Virus record (IMG/VR): IMGVR_UViG_3300020001_000001
Coordinates: 1-57,411 of that record
DNA: 57,411 bases
Source of the DNA: a virus
Lineage: Duplodnaviria; Caudoviricetes
Strand: one strand, 5' to 3'
Numbering within the stretch: position 1 is the stretch's first letter; every line of letters starts with the position of its first letter. A program made the position numbers and the translations under genes. Positions 37,434 through 47,129 of the stretch are shown piece after piece. The notes beneath the pieces were generated by a model. That model worked only from the letters and a program-made list of their open reading frames with translations, was not told where the DNA came from and did no database searches.

Positions 37434-38894
37434 TCAGTGGGTTGTCGTCGGCTTATATCCCATGGCGCGAGCCTGAAGCGCGAGGATACGCTTCGCGGGC
37501 GGCACGTTCTCGTCGTCGCCACCGTCTGCATTCGCTCCGACGTTCGGCTGTTTGCCGTTATCCATCGCCGCCTTGAAGTGGTTCGTCTCGGTCGCGGCGG
37601 GAGTCGCCTTCGGATCGACAGCCGCCGCCGCAACCGGCGCCACGGCTTTCGGCGACGCGGCGAGAATGCCGCCAGCGGCTTCCACACTCATATCCGTATG
37701 CAACGCGAGATGCGCCGCAAGGGACTCGCGGCCAACCGCTTCGGCGTGGCCCTGAATGCCGGAAATGCGAGTGCGCTCGGCGGTGCGGGCTTCGGCGGCG
37801 ACGGCGTCCGCGTCAACGGAAGTAACTTCCACAGCCGGGGTTTGAGAGGCGGCGGCGGGCTTAACTGCACCGGGTACGGGTTTCAGCATAGCGTTCTCCT
37901 GTTCGTCTGGTTTGTCGTCGTCGGGATCATCCCCGGCGCCGGGATCGTCACTTGAAGCGTCGTCGGAGGCGTCCGCGTCGTCGGAACACGAATTGAAATA
38001 TGCTTCTACAGCATCGGAAGGGTTTTGTATAGCGTCAATTAAGCCCAGCGCAAGGGCGTCCGACGCACCGTAGGCGCGAGCCTCGGTTTCACGAACTGCC
38101 GCGTCGTCCATTCCGCGACCACGAACGACCGCCGCAATGAACGTATCATAGGTCGCGTCGATATCCGCCTGAAACTCGGCGCGCACTTCGTCGCTCAACG
38201 GTTCGTACGGATTGCCGTCAACCTTGTGCGCACCTGCGGTGATGAACGTAATCTTGATGCCGATGTCGTCGAGCATCTTCGACACATCGGCGTGCATCAT
38301 CACGACGCCGATGTTGGCGCAACTGCCTGAAGGCGTGATCGCGATGTGATCGCATTGCGACGCCAGGAAGTACGCAGCCGAGTGACAGTTGGCGTCAACT
38401 ACGGCGATGCTCGTTTTGCCGCCCTGACCGGCGTTCGCCGCGTAGATCAGGTCCGCGGTTTCGCTGCACCCCGCGACCATTCCGCCAGGACTGTTCACGT
38501 CGAAAATGATCGCGGTCACGTCGTCGTCGGCCATCGCCGCCGCGACCTGATTACGCAGGAAGTTGTACCCGGTCACGAAACCCCACGACCACGAGAAGCG
38601 GTTAATGAGCAATCCGTGGATCGGGATAAGGGCGAAACCGTCCGAGAATATGAACGGCTTCTCACTCGACGACACGTCGAAACCGTACGTCGCCGCGAGT
38701 GTGGCGCACCGTTCGGCGTAGGCTGCGGCCTCCGTCGCGGGGGAGGCTTCGGCCAATTCGCGAAGATCGGCCATCATCGCCCCGGAAGTAACTTCCGAAT
38801 TTAAGCCGAGGCCCTGCCCGGCATAAGACTGCGACACGAGTGCAGGACGACCGACAAGCTGATCGAGGGCTGCGCGGGCTTGGTACTTGCTCAA
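37434..38894 (-). CDS. S49 prohead protease / scaffold fusion
   Basis: DVNSPGG; SAAYFLASQ; AGAHKVDGNPYEPL; C-terminal ERTRISGI scaffold; TTG start assumed. Confidence 0.88.
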   Translation of the reverse strand: MSKYQARAALDQLVGRPALVSQSYAGQGLGLNSEVTSGAMMADLRELAEASPATEAAAYAERCATLAATYGFDVSSSEKPFIFSDGFALIPIHGLLINRFSWSWGFVTGYNFLRNQVAAAMADDDVTAIIFDVNSPGGMVAGCSETADLIYAANAGQGGKTSIAVVDANCHSAAYFLASQCDHIAITPSGSCANIGVVMMHADVSKMLDDIGIKITFITAGAHKVDGNPYEPLSDEVRAEFQADIDATYDTFIAAVVRGRGMDDAAVRETEARAYGASDALALGLIDAIQNPSDAVEAYFNSCSDDADASDDASSDDPGAGDDPDDDKPDEQENAMLKPVPGAVKPAAASQTPAVEVTSVDADAVAAEARTAERTRISGIQGHAEAVGRESLAAHLALHTDMSVEAAGGILAASPKAVAPVAAAAVDPKATPAATETNHFKAAMDNGKQPNVGANADGGDDENVPPAKRILALQARAMGYKPTTTH

Positions 38895-39175
38895 ATGCTG
38901 ACTGCCGCCATGGCGCCGACGCCCGCCATGGTCGCGTGCGTTGCTCGCGTCGCAACCTGGAACTGCGCCATATCGACGGGACTTACGGACGCGCCGCCTG
39001 ACACGAGCGGGATACGCACGTTCGACGGCTGCGCCCATAGCAGGTTCGCCGCACAACTCGGGTAGCCGTTAAGCAACGGCACCCGTACGTCGTCATCCGC
39101 CGTCGCGGTGTCGGTCAGAGAGATCGAGAGGCCCTTATCCAACAGGGGGACACGTTCGGCTCCAGTGAGGCTCAT
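38891..39175 (-). CDS. Hypothetical 94-aa protein between portal and protease
   Basis: 4-nt overlaps with both neighbours; ends in the ATMAGVGAM motif. Confidence 0.6.
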   Translation of the reverse strand: MSLTGAERVPLLDKGLSISLTDTATADDDVRVPLLNGYPSCAANLLWAQPSNVRIPLVSGGASVSPVDMAQFQVATRATHATMAGVGAMAAVSI

Positions 39176-40824
39176 GGCTGGTTTCCTTGTTCGCTGGCGC
39201 CGCCGTCCGTGGTGGCGTCGGAGGGGGTTTCTGTCTGGCCGAGAGGCTTTTTCGCAGCGAGATCAAACACGAGGCCGTACTGCGTCAGCAACGCTTCCTC
39301 GCGTTTACGTTGCGCGAACAGCTCGCGCCAATCGACGCCAAGGCGAGCCCCTTCCGCCTCGTACGTCGAGAGGCCCGACGCGATGCGTAGTATCGCCGCC
39401 TGAGTCTCCTTCAACTCGTCAATTTGACCGGCGCCAGAACCGATCCACTTGCACGCGGTAAAGGCTTCCTTGGCGAGAGGGCGATAAAACACGTCGCGTT
39501 TGACGCCAGATGGCAGCGGCACATTGCCGTTCGCCATTTCTTCCTCTAGCACCAGGGCGTATATCTCGGTAGCGAGACGATCCGCCACATGCTTTTTACG
39601 AGCCGCCATGAACCGGGCTGATACGCCCATGGCTGCGCGGCCTGACGAATAGTTCGTCTTGCTGAAGTCGCGCGAAAATTCCTCGTACGACAGGCCGAGT
39701 GAAGCGGCGGTATGCCGGTGGAGGCTTTCTTCAAAACTCGTACCTACGCCGCCCACGGTTTTCGCGGGCTGCATGTTGAGTTTCGTTCCGGGGAACAGAT
39801 GGGGGATTTTGGCACCGTCGATGCGGATATTGTTCGCGTCATCGAGATACTGACCCAGGGCGCCCATGTAGGTGCCGTAGACGTTGAGAAGCGCCTGACC
39901 GGGACTCGTCGCAGTAGACTGGCCCATGGCGACCGCCAACACGTCAGGCGGCAATTCCGACTCAATCGCGGCGGCGTACGTCGCGTTGATGATGGCGTTT
40001 TGCAACGTGACCTCGGAGAACTTCTTGGTCATGTGCATGTTCTTCAGCGCGGCGACCATGTCGGACACGCCGCGCGTTTGATCGGGTAGTGACTGTTCGA
40101 CAATGTGGAGGACCTGTTTACGGCCCCACGGCTTCGCGATGGGCACGCGCCGCCAGATCACCGACAGGTTGTCGGGGTACATGTCGTAGAGATCGCCCAT
40201 GCGGAAATTGTACGCAACGGCCTTTCCCTTATCGTCGCGTTCGACGCCGCGCCGGAGGTAGCGCGTGTCCATCGTATTGTTCGGATTGGACAGGCGGTCG
40301 CCGGAAATGAACTGAAGCGCCGTGTTAATCGGGCGGTCGGCTTCGCGTATCCACTCGACGGTTGAGATCAGTTCTCCGGTCATCAGGAATACGCCGATGG
40401 CGAGACGGATCATTCCCGTCAGCGTGTTGACGCGTTGTGCGTCCAGCCACGCGTCGTTACTGTCGGCCAGGAGCCCGAAACGAGCCTCCACGATTTGTTG
40501 AAAATCGTCGGCCCACGCTTCGTCAAAACCCTTGCTGAAAGTCGATAGCACTTTCCAGTTCGGCGCGGCGTTGAGCCGGTACTGCGCGCCGACGATGCTG
40601 TCCTTGTGGATCGACACGGCACCGTAGGCCAAACCGCTGTTACGAACTGAGTCGCGACCTCGGGCATCCGCAAGAGGCTTGACGGTGTTGATGACGTTGT
40701 CGGGCGACCGCATGGTCGGGCGCCACAGAAGCGTTTCCCGCGCGGTTCGATCCGCGCCCTCCAATCCGCCGCCGCTGTAGATCGGGACGGCGAGGGCGTT
40801 AAGGTTGTGCGGGTTATGCGCCAT
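39172..40824 (-). CDS. Portal protein (lambda gpB family)
   Basis: ARGRDSVRN; QTRGVS; DFSKTNYSSGRA; IDELKETQA. Confidence 0.92.
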   Translation of the reverse strand: MAHNPHNLNALAVPIYSGGGLEGADRTARETLLWRPTMRSPDNVINTVKPLADARGRDSVRNSGLAYGAVSIHKDSIVGAQYRLNAAPNWKVLSTFSKGFDEAWADDFQQIVEARFGLLADSNDAWLDAQRVNTLTGMIRLAIGVFLMTGELISTVEWIREADRPINTALQFISGDRLSNPNNTMDTRYLRRGVERDDKGKAVAYNFRMGDLYDMYPDNLSVIWRRVPIAKPWGRKQVLHIVEQSLPDQTRGVSDMVAALKNMHMTKKFSEVTLQNAIINATYAAAIESELPPDVLAVAMGQSTATSPGQALLNVYGTYMGALGQYLDDANNIRIDGAKIPHLFPGTKLNMQPAKTVGGVGTSFEESLHRHTAASLGLSYEEFSRDFSKTNYSSGRAAMGVSARFMAARKKHVADRLATEIYALVLEEEMANGNVPLPSGVKRDVFYRPLAKEAFTACKWIGSGAGQIDELKETQAAILRIASGLSTYEAEGARLGVDWRELFAQRKREEALLTQYGLVFDLAAKKPLGQTETPSDATTDGGASEQGNQP

Positions 40825-41057
40825 CAGAAAAGGAAGCCCATCGGATGGTTTGGGCACTTGCCCAGGGCAACCGATTTATAGGTGCTGCACTGACTTTGGA
40901 GAGTGGCGATCAGGTTCAACAGACCGGCCCGGTTAGCCGTGGAGTACTGAACTTCCTCTCCATTCTGATCCCGAACAGAACGTAGGGAGGCGCCCGTGCT
41001 CAATTCAAACCATGCCTGATCGGCTTGTCGCAGTAGCGTGCAAGGGTCTAGGTCCAT
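40824..41057 (-). CDS. Head-tail joining protein gpW-like
   Basis: L.TG....VRDQNGE.V.Y..AN motif between TerL and portal. Confidence 0.8.
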   Translation of the reverse strand: MDLDPCTLLRQADQAWFELSTGASLRSVRDQNGEEVQYSTANRAGLLNLIATLQSQCSTYKSVALGKCPNHPMGFLF

Positions 41058-41081
41058 CGGTCAAAACTCCAGGAGGACCAG

Positions 41082-41110
41082 TTTATACCAGAACCGTTGT
41101 CCCGACGCAA
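41082..41110 (-). promoter_or_regulatory. Sigma70-like promoter upstream of the head genes
   Basis: TTGCGT-17 nt-TATAAA. Confidence 0.5.
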
Positions 41111-41138
41111 TACCCTTGTTTTCGGAAGTAACTTCCGG

Positions 41139-41320
41139 TCAAAAACGGTTTCCTTTACTCTTGTTATGTGTTTCTTCTATCACCTGTAAATTCCACGGAA
41201 CATGCAAGCCGCATACGTTTGTACCTTGGAGCGGTACGACGCGACGCACTTTCCCGTGGTCGCGTACCGAAACACATGACCCCTGCGACACGACTTGTCT
41301 GATATCACATAGCCCGCCAC
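41139..41320 (-). pseudogene. Internally deleted, frameshifted HNH endonuclease remnant
   Basis: N-part SCRRGHVFRYATTGKCV and, in another frame, C-part VVPLQGTNVCGLHVPWNLQVIEETHNKSKGNRF*. Confidence 0.7.
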
Positions 41321-43605
41321 TACGAACCGCCTAGCAGTTTACCGAAACTGCTGAAGTCAACTGGCGGTTCCTCTTTCGCGACGGGCGCAAAGCGACCTTG
41401 CGCCGCCGCGCTGACCATGTCGTTCTTATCCCAGGGTGCCGCCCATCCAGGAGGGTTCGTCCAGTCGATACCCTCTACACGAATGAGCGTCGAGACGCAC
41501 AGACCGAGCGCGTAGTAGCTTAAATCCCACGCCTCGTTGCGGAGATTGCGCGGGTTTTGCCAGCCCTTATCGTCGCGGACCTCCACGCACATTTCGCTAA
41601 ACCACGCATCGGGAAGCCAGCGACCGAACCGCAACATACCTTTGCCGGGCGTGATACAGTCAGCGCGACCGCGCAGGGCGTCTTTCAGGAGATTAGAATT
41701 GAGGAACAGGACCGGCACGTCACCGCGCGCCGCTGACAGTTTATCTTTTCGGTTGCTGTCGGGGAACATGATATGTGCGCGTGGACGACTCGGTAGCGAG
41801 TCGCCTTTCAGGAGTTGGAACCGTCCGCCACGTCCCGCCGCCTTCAACAGCCGGTAATAATTGTACCCATTGGTCGTGACGCCTTCGCGTCCGCCGCTAT
41901 CGCAGCCGGTTAGCCGGATCGACATGCGGCGACCGCTACCGTCCGACAACCGATAGGTTCGGTCCAGTACTTCGGTCGTAATCTCATTCCAATCCTCCTG
42001 GTACGCCGAAGGCTTTACCCATTGTGAGTCGCCTTGCGCGTCGAGTCGGTTGCTCTTGCGTATTTGGAAACGATCAACTACCACCATGTCGAACGGTTCG
42101 CCGGGCACGACGCCATTGATTTGCACGGAAAACAGGTTGTTCTGCACGTCAACGGTCGCCACCAGAAAACGAACGTCAGCCGGAACTTCGGGCTCCATGA
42201 CGTAATCGATGACCTTGGGGTTCCAGATGCGGTCAATTTTCTGTTCGGAAGTTACTTCCGAAACGGGGAGTATCTCCGCTCGGTTCATAAGGTTCTCCGG
42301 TAGCAGCGCACTCTCCTGCGACTTCGGGAGATACGGCACGCCGAGATCGGTGTTGAAGAACTTCTTTAGCGAGTCCTCCGACTGCGTCTTCTCGAACTCG
42401 TTCAACGCGTTTAGGTAGGCCACGACCAAGTTCGTCCAGGTCGTGAAGTTGGCTGCGATCCCATTCAGCCAAAAAGATGCCATCATCGATCTGACGCCGT
42501 CGCCGATGACGTTGCCATCCGCGTCGATCCCTTGGCCGTCCTTCAGCCAAAGGCCACGTTGCTGCATCGCCGTTCGTTCGTTCTGCTCAATTACGCATCC
42601 GTCACCAGGGCAGATCAATCGTGCCGTCTCGGCTGACGCCAGTACGGATGACTTAACATCCCATTCCAGGTGCTTCCACTGACCCTCGAAGAAGTGGCCA
42701 CAATGCGGGCACGGCCAGTACCAACGGCGTCGGTCGCCTCGGTTGTACAGGGATATGATGCCGGTACACGGCGGCGCTTCGTGCGGTGTTGACGCTATCC
42801 AGCGCGGATTTTCGACCGGGCGGGAAGGTGACGACTCCGCGACGGTCATCGCGAACGAACGAAACGTCGTCGTGCGCTTTGATCCTAGATCAAACGGCGA
42901 GCCGTCGCCACCGATGTCGTCGGGCATCCGGTCATAGTCGGTAAGCGCGATACGTCCTACCGGGCGACCGGCGAACTCCGTGACGGTCGGGTGCGACAGA
43001 TTAAGCAACATGCCGGTGACGTATTGTTTGTCGTACACGTTGTCGGCCTCGCGCGCCTTCATCAACAACGCGCCAATCTCAGGCGAATTTCGGTGCATAC
43101 GATTGACGCGACGCATTGAAAAATCACGCGAAGCGGATTGCGTCGGAGAGTAGACTATCATGTCCATTCCATCGACCTTAACCGAGTACGCGAGCCAATT
43201 AAGGATCAGAGCCTCCGTTTTACCACATTGCGCAGGCGCAACGAATGACAAAGCCGTAAAGACCCGGCTCTGTAGCGTATTCATTGGCTCGACCATGTAG
43301 GGGGCCATGTCGTTCCGATACGGCCCGATGTACGAGCCGGGGTTATTCAGCCGCACGTAGCGTTCGGCGGCATCCGAGATGCTGATACGCTCAGGCGGTC
43401 GCAGGAGGTCAGTTAGACCTCCTACGATATCCTCGACCGTATCAAATGTAGTCCGCGTCCCCCGGCCTGGGTTCTCGGGGAACAACGTCTCCCCACTCGT
43501 CCCTTTCAGGATCACCGTCTGGGTCAGGTCGAGAATAGGAGAGACTTTCTTTCGGTGCGAACGCCTTTCCGCTGGAGTTTTTTCTAAGGTGGTCGAGGTT
43601 GACAA
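41320..43605 (-). CDS. terL: Terminase large subunit (lambda gpA family); true start probably nearer 43490-43520
   Basis: APAQCGKTE Walker A; ESSPS; GDRRRWYWPCPHC; TVDVQ; RNEAWDL. Confidence 0.93.
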   Translation of the reverse strand: MSTSTTLEKTPAERRSHRKKVSPILDLTQTVILKGTSGETLFPENPGRGTRTTFDTVEDIVGGLTDLLRPPERISISDAAERYVRLNNPGSYIGPYRNDMAPYMVEPMNTLQSRVFTALSFVAPAQCGKTEALILNWLAYSVKVDGMDMIVYSPTQSASRDFSMRRVNRMHRNSPEIGALLMKAREADNVYDKQYVTGMLLNLSHPTVTEFAGRPVGRIALTDYDRMPDDIGGDGSPFDLGSKRTTTFRSFAMTVAESSPSRPVENPRWIASTPHEAPPCTGIISLYNRGDRRRWYWPCPHCGHFFEGQWKHLEWDVKSSVLASAETARLICPGDGCVIEQNERTAMQQRGLWLKDGQGIDADGNVIGDGVRSMMASFWLNGIAANFTTWTNLVVAYLNALNEFEKTQSEDSLKKFFNTDLGVPYLPKSQESALLPENLMNRAEILPVSEVTSEQKIDRIWNPKVIDYVMEPEVPADVRFLVATVDVQNNLFSVQINGVVPGEPFDMVVVDRFQIRKSNRLDAQGDSQWVKPSAYQEDWNEITTEVLDRTYRLSDGSGRRMSIRLTGCDSGGREGVTTNGYNYYRLLKAAGRGGRFQLLKGDSLPSRPRAHIMFPDSNRKDKLSAARGDVPVLFLNSNLLKDALRGRADCITPGKGMLRFGRWLPDAWFSEMCVEVRDDKGWQNPRNLRNEAWDLSYYALGLCVSTLIRVEGIDWTNPPGWAAPWDKNDMVSAAAQGRFAPVAKEEPPVDFSSFGKLLGGS

Positions 43606-44089
43606 CTAACTTCTCCCTGGCTTCGTTGAGGGCTTCGTGCATGAGGTTCTCGACGATCTCTCGCTGACGAACCGACAGGCCCGTCTCGCGCTCGACCGCG
43701 TCAGCCGCCAGCATAAGCGAAAGCCGCAGAGTTTTGAAGACCTCACTCGCCAGTTCAACAACCGCCTGGGTATCCCACAGATCGCCAACGTCCCGTAGGT
43801 AGCGGAGACGTTGGTTCTGTCCGTACCAGAACTCCTTACTGAGCATCTTCGGCAAGTCGGTGTGGTGCGTCGCCAACACCTGACTAATCAGGTCCGTCAT
43901 CGACTCGTCGAATTTGATTAACTTTGGCGCGGCGTCGCGGATACGCCACGTATCGCTGTTCTCTCGCTTGCCGGTCGGAGGCAAGCCTTCGAGTCTTTTC
44001 CGAATGTCCTTGCGGTCCATTCGGAACAGTGCGGCCAACTCGGTTACGTTGGCGCCACTGACGATGATCGGGTTATTACCGGCTGGCAT
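43442..44089 (-). CDS. terS: Terminase small subunit (DUF1441-like)
   Basis: N-terminal HTH; LPKMLSKEFW.GQ..R......GDLW.T; directly upstream of TerL. Confidence 0.8.
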   Translation of the reverse strand: MPAGNNPIIVSGANVTELAALFRMDRKDIRKRLEGLPPTGKRENSDTWRIRDAAPKLIKFDESMTDLISQVLATHHTDLPKMLSKEFWYGQNQRLRYLRDVGDLWDTQAVVELASEVFKTLRLSLMLAADAVERETGLSVRQREIVENLMHEALNEAREKLVVNLDHLRKNSSGKAFAPKESLSYSRPDPDGDPERDEWGDVVPREPRPGDADYI

Positions 44090-44095
44090 CGGAAG

Positions 44096-45604
44096 TTACT
44101 TCCATTTCCTTCGTAGATCACGGATGTACGTCTTAACGGCGTTCTGCGCGTCATCCTTTCCGCGCAGCGCCGGAACCACCTTGGCGTCAGCCGTCTTTTG
44201 CGTGACCAAGTGATATACACGAACCGTCTTTTTCTGGCCTTGCCGGTCAAGACGTTTATTCATCTGGAGATAGTCGTCTAACGGCAACGGGTTGTCAAAC
44301 CAGACAAGCGTGTGTCCCGGCCCGTACTGCATGTTGAGGCCGTGGCCCGCGCTCCGGGGGTGGACCAACAGTTCGCCGATCTTACCGGCGTTCCACGCCG
44401 GGACACAGTCACCGCGCTTGTCCATCTTGACCGCTTTCGGGAACCACTGTTGCAGCCGCGCCAGCGATGACCGATGCCAGTAAGCGATAAGGAGTGGCGA
44501 GCCTTGCGCTTCCTCGCGTAGCTGCTTCAGTTCCTCCAGCTTATGATCGTGGAAGCGATGCCACTTACGGTCGCCGTCGTAGACCGCGCCGCTGGCCATC
44601 TGAAGTAACTTCCCGGCGAGTGTGGTGCCGTTCTCCGCCTCGATCTCGACCTCGGGCAAATCCAGTATGAACTCGCGTTCAAACTGTTTGTACAGCGCCA
44701 GTTCTTCCCGATCGAGAATGATCGGGCGTTCGATCGTGATCGCCTTCGGACGGTCGAGATAGTCTTCTTCCCGCATGACGATACAGAGGTCCGCGATCTT
44801 CGCCGCGACCGTTTCTTCGGCTCCGTCCTGCGGCACGTATTTGTGCTGATAGGGTTTGTGGATCATGTAGGTCTCACGGAACTTCGTAATGCCTTTGCCG
44901 AAGCGTTCGCCTCGGTCGAGCAAGTAGACCTGAGCGAAGTAATCCTCGATACCCTCGGGGGCCGGAACACCGCTGAGAAGATGAAGGCGGCGCAGCTTAG
45001 GCCGCACGCGATTGAGTGCCTTCCACCGTGCCGTGTTCTTGTCGGCAAAGCCCTTACTCTCGTCCACGATGACGCAATCGTACGGCCAGTCTTTACCGAA
45101 AAACTCGACCAGCCATTCAAGCGCCTCACGATTTATAATATGGATCATCGTGTCTTCGCTGGCGAGCGCCCGTTTCTGCAACTCGATATGCGCGGTCTTC
45201 GCGCGATTGGCCGCGTGGTTGGGCGATCCGATGTCCTGGTCGCGTTCGCCCTTACGAGCTGTCTTCTGTGCGGCGATCAGATCGGGGTGCTTCTCGTCGG
45301 CCCGGATCACGGTGTAAGACATCCACCACGTATGCGACCACTCCGCGATTTCGGTCGGCCACGTCTGCACCGCGACGCGCACGGGCGCGACGACCAGGAC
45401 CTTGCAGACCTGACGCAAAACGAACAGTCGATTGAGGACTGTCAGGACGGACACGGTTTTACCCAGGCCCATCGACATGAAAACCCCGGAGAAGGGGTTC
45501 TCAAGCATGAACGGCACCGCCTCGTGTGACTGATAGTGTTCCAAATCGAGAACGGACCTTACGGCCCGTTCCTGACGGCTCAGAAGTAACTTCCGAAAAG
45601 TCAC
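44096..45604 (-). CDS. SNF2-family helicase
   Basis: MGLGKT; VVDES; LSGVPAP; HPRSAGHGLNMQ; RLDRQGQ. Confidence 0.92.
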   Translation of the reverse strand: MTFRKLLLSRQERAVRSVLDLEHYQSHEAVPFMLENPFSGVFMSMGLGKTVSVLTVLNRLFVLRQVCKVLVVAPVRVAVQTWPTEIAEWSHTWWMSYTVIRADEKHPDLIAAQKTARKGERDQDIGSPNHAANRAKTAHIELQKRALASEDTMIHIINREALEWLVEFFGKDWPYDCVIVDESKGFADKNTARWKALNRVRPKLRRLHLLSGVPAPEGIEDYFAQVYLLDRGERFGKGITKFRETYMIHKPYQHKYVPQDGAEETVAAKIADLCIVMREEDYLDRPKAITIERPIILDREELALYKQFEREFILDLPEVEIEAENGTTLAGKLLQMASGAVYDGDRKWHRFHDHKLEELKQLREEAQGSPLLIAYWHRSSLARLQQWFPKAVKMDKRGDCVPAWNAGKIGELLVHPRSAGHGLNMQYGPGHTLVWFDNPLPLDDYLQMNKRLDRQGQKKTVRVYHLVTQKTADAKVVPALRGKDDAQNAVKTYIRDLRRKWK

Positions 45605-45607
45605 CGT

Positions 45608-45862
45608 TCAATATCCCTTTTTACCCAAAATCCAGTTGCTCGCGTACAGCGACTTGCCGTCCTCAGTGCGACGCAACTGGCTGACCGGATACCAGTTCAT
45701 TCGCGGCGGTCGCGGCGGCACATCGAGCAACACCGCGCTTTCGGTGTAGTTCTCAACCCATCCGGTCCACTTAGGAATGTCCGAATACTTGTCTTCCTCG
45801 AACTCCTGCATAACCGGAATGAGTTTCACCAACTCCGGTGTCTTGTGTATCTCCATCGACAT
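45608..45862 (-). CDS. Hypothetical protein
   Basis: GGAGG RBS; W.PVSQL motif. Confidence 0.6.
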   Translation of the reverse strand: MSMEIHKTPELVKLIPVMQEFEEDKYSDIPKWTGWVENYTESAVLLDVPPRPPRMNWYPVSQLRRTEDGKSLYASNWILGKKGY

Positions 45863-45866
45863 GTTA

Positions 45867-46148
45867 TTACCAAACCTCCAAATTGAGGATGCGGCGTGCG
45901 TCGTCCATATTGTCGCACCAGTGGACCTCCAGCCCAAAGTCCTCGCGTAACTCCCGGTGCCGTTTCGCTTGTTGGCGAGACGGCGTCTCTCCGGGTCGCT
46001 TGAACTCGATCAGCACGGCTCTGCCTGCTTTGCCGAATATCCGGTCGTTCGCGCCGCGCGTGCCGATGAACATCAGCTTGCGTTGCAGCCAACCGGCGTC
46101 TTCGGCTTCGCTACAGATCGCCTGTTCGATCTCGGCTTCGCGTGCCAT
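45867..46148 (-). CDS. VRR-NUC domain nuclease
   Basis: EAEIE; G..DRIF; IEFKRPG......Q. Confidence 0.88.
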   Translation of the reverse strand: MAREAEIEQAICSEAEDAGWLQRKLMFIGTRGANDRIFGKAGRAVLIEFKRPGETPSRQQAKRHRELREDFGLEVHWCDNMDDARRILNLEVW

Positions 46149-46479
46149 TCTTCACCGCTATCCAAAGTTTATCCATCGCCGCTGCGATGCGCTTATCTTG
46201 CGCGGGTTCCGCACGGCGCGTCGCCTGTTCGGCAGCGTGTTTCGGCATTTTAGTCTGGTGTTTTTTCAGCACCGCCATCTGCGCCTGAGCGCGTTCCCAC
46301 GCTGCCGCAAAGGCTTCCTCCGGCGTATCGCCCTCGGCGTACTCCGAGAAGTAGTTGGTAGTCGCTCCGTTCGGCTGGTGGTATTGCAGGTTCACTCGAA
46401 AGAACCCTGCCAACTGAAAGCAATTAAGCAGGTGCCAGCCCTGCTTGTTCGCCTCGAAAACCATCTCTGTGAAAGCCAC
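46111..46479 (-). CDS. Hypothetical protein
   Basis: GTG with GGAG RBS, downstream of a promoter. Confidence 0.6.
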   Translation of the reverse strand: MAFTEMVFEANKQGWHLLNCFQLAGFFRVNLQYHQPNGATTNYFSEYAEGDTPEEAFAAAWERAQAQMAVLKKHQTKMPKHAAEQATRRAEPAQDKRIAAAMDKLWIAVKNGTRSRDRTGDL

Positions 46480-46556
46480 GCGCAGTCTCCGTTTTTGATT
46501 TAGTGTTGTCGTCCCGGAAGTTACTTCCGTTTCGGTCGATCTACGACCGAAACGAC

Positions 46557-46585
46557 AGTATAGCACATATCGAGACTCGTCGCAA
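46557..46585 (-). promoter_or_regulatory. Sigma70-like promoter
   Basis: TTGCGA-17 nt-TATACT, with TGTGC before the -10 element. Confidence 0.6.
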
Positions 46586-46586
46586 G

Positions 46587-47129
46587 TCAGTCGCGATGCT
46601 CTCTCACGAACCCGCGTGGCGTCATAAACAGGTCCAGTTCAAGTTGGGCGCTCTTGGCGTTAAAGGTTTCCAGTACCGCTTGGTCCAGGTCGATCCCGGC
46701 TTCCGCCGCTAAGAGGTCCAGGTAGATCACCACGTCGGCCAACTCGCGGGCGAGCATCGGCTTCGCTTCGTGCAGCGTCATATCGCCGCGCCTGATTTTC
46801 TTCAGGATGTTCCCGGCTTCGCCCAATTCGCCGGAAGTCGCGGTGTACCAATCATTAAGCGACCAATCGCGACCGCTGTGTTTTATCTCGCCTTTGGCGT
46901 TCTTGAACAGCGGGCAGCGCGCGAGGTTCGACCCGCGTAAAACGCGGAACGTCAAGGCGTCGCCGAAGGCCAACGCCGTTCCCGGCATCAGGTATCGGGA
47001 TATTTTGTCTTCATAGATCAGTCGTTGCGCTTCCGCTGTCGTCATCACCCCGTTGCGAAGCGCATCGGCGTTCGGATCAGACTTCTCCGCGAGCGTCCGA
47101 GAAGCGACCCCATTTTCGACGTGTGTCAT
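46587..47129 (-). CDS. MazG-like nucleotide pyrophosphohydrolase
   Basis: GELGEA.N..KK...ELADVVIYLDLLA. Confidence 0.85.
   Translation of the reverse strand: MTHVENGVASRTLAEKSDPNADALRNGVMTTAEAQRLIYEDKISRYLMPGTALAFGDALTFRVLRGSNLARCPLFKNAKGEIKHSGRDWSLNDWYTATSGELGEAGNILKKIRRGDMTLHEAKPMLARELADVVIYLDLLAAEAGIDLDQAVLETFNAKSAQLELDLFMTPRGFVREHRD

Noticed and set aside
43442-43605. 164-nt TerS/TerL overlap as meaningful dual coding
   Set aside because: It probably reflects an over-extended TerL start call; the conserved sequence begins near TFDTVEDIV.
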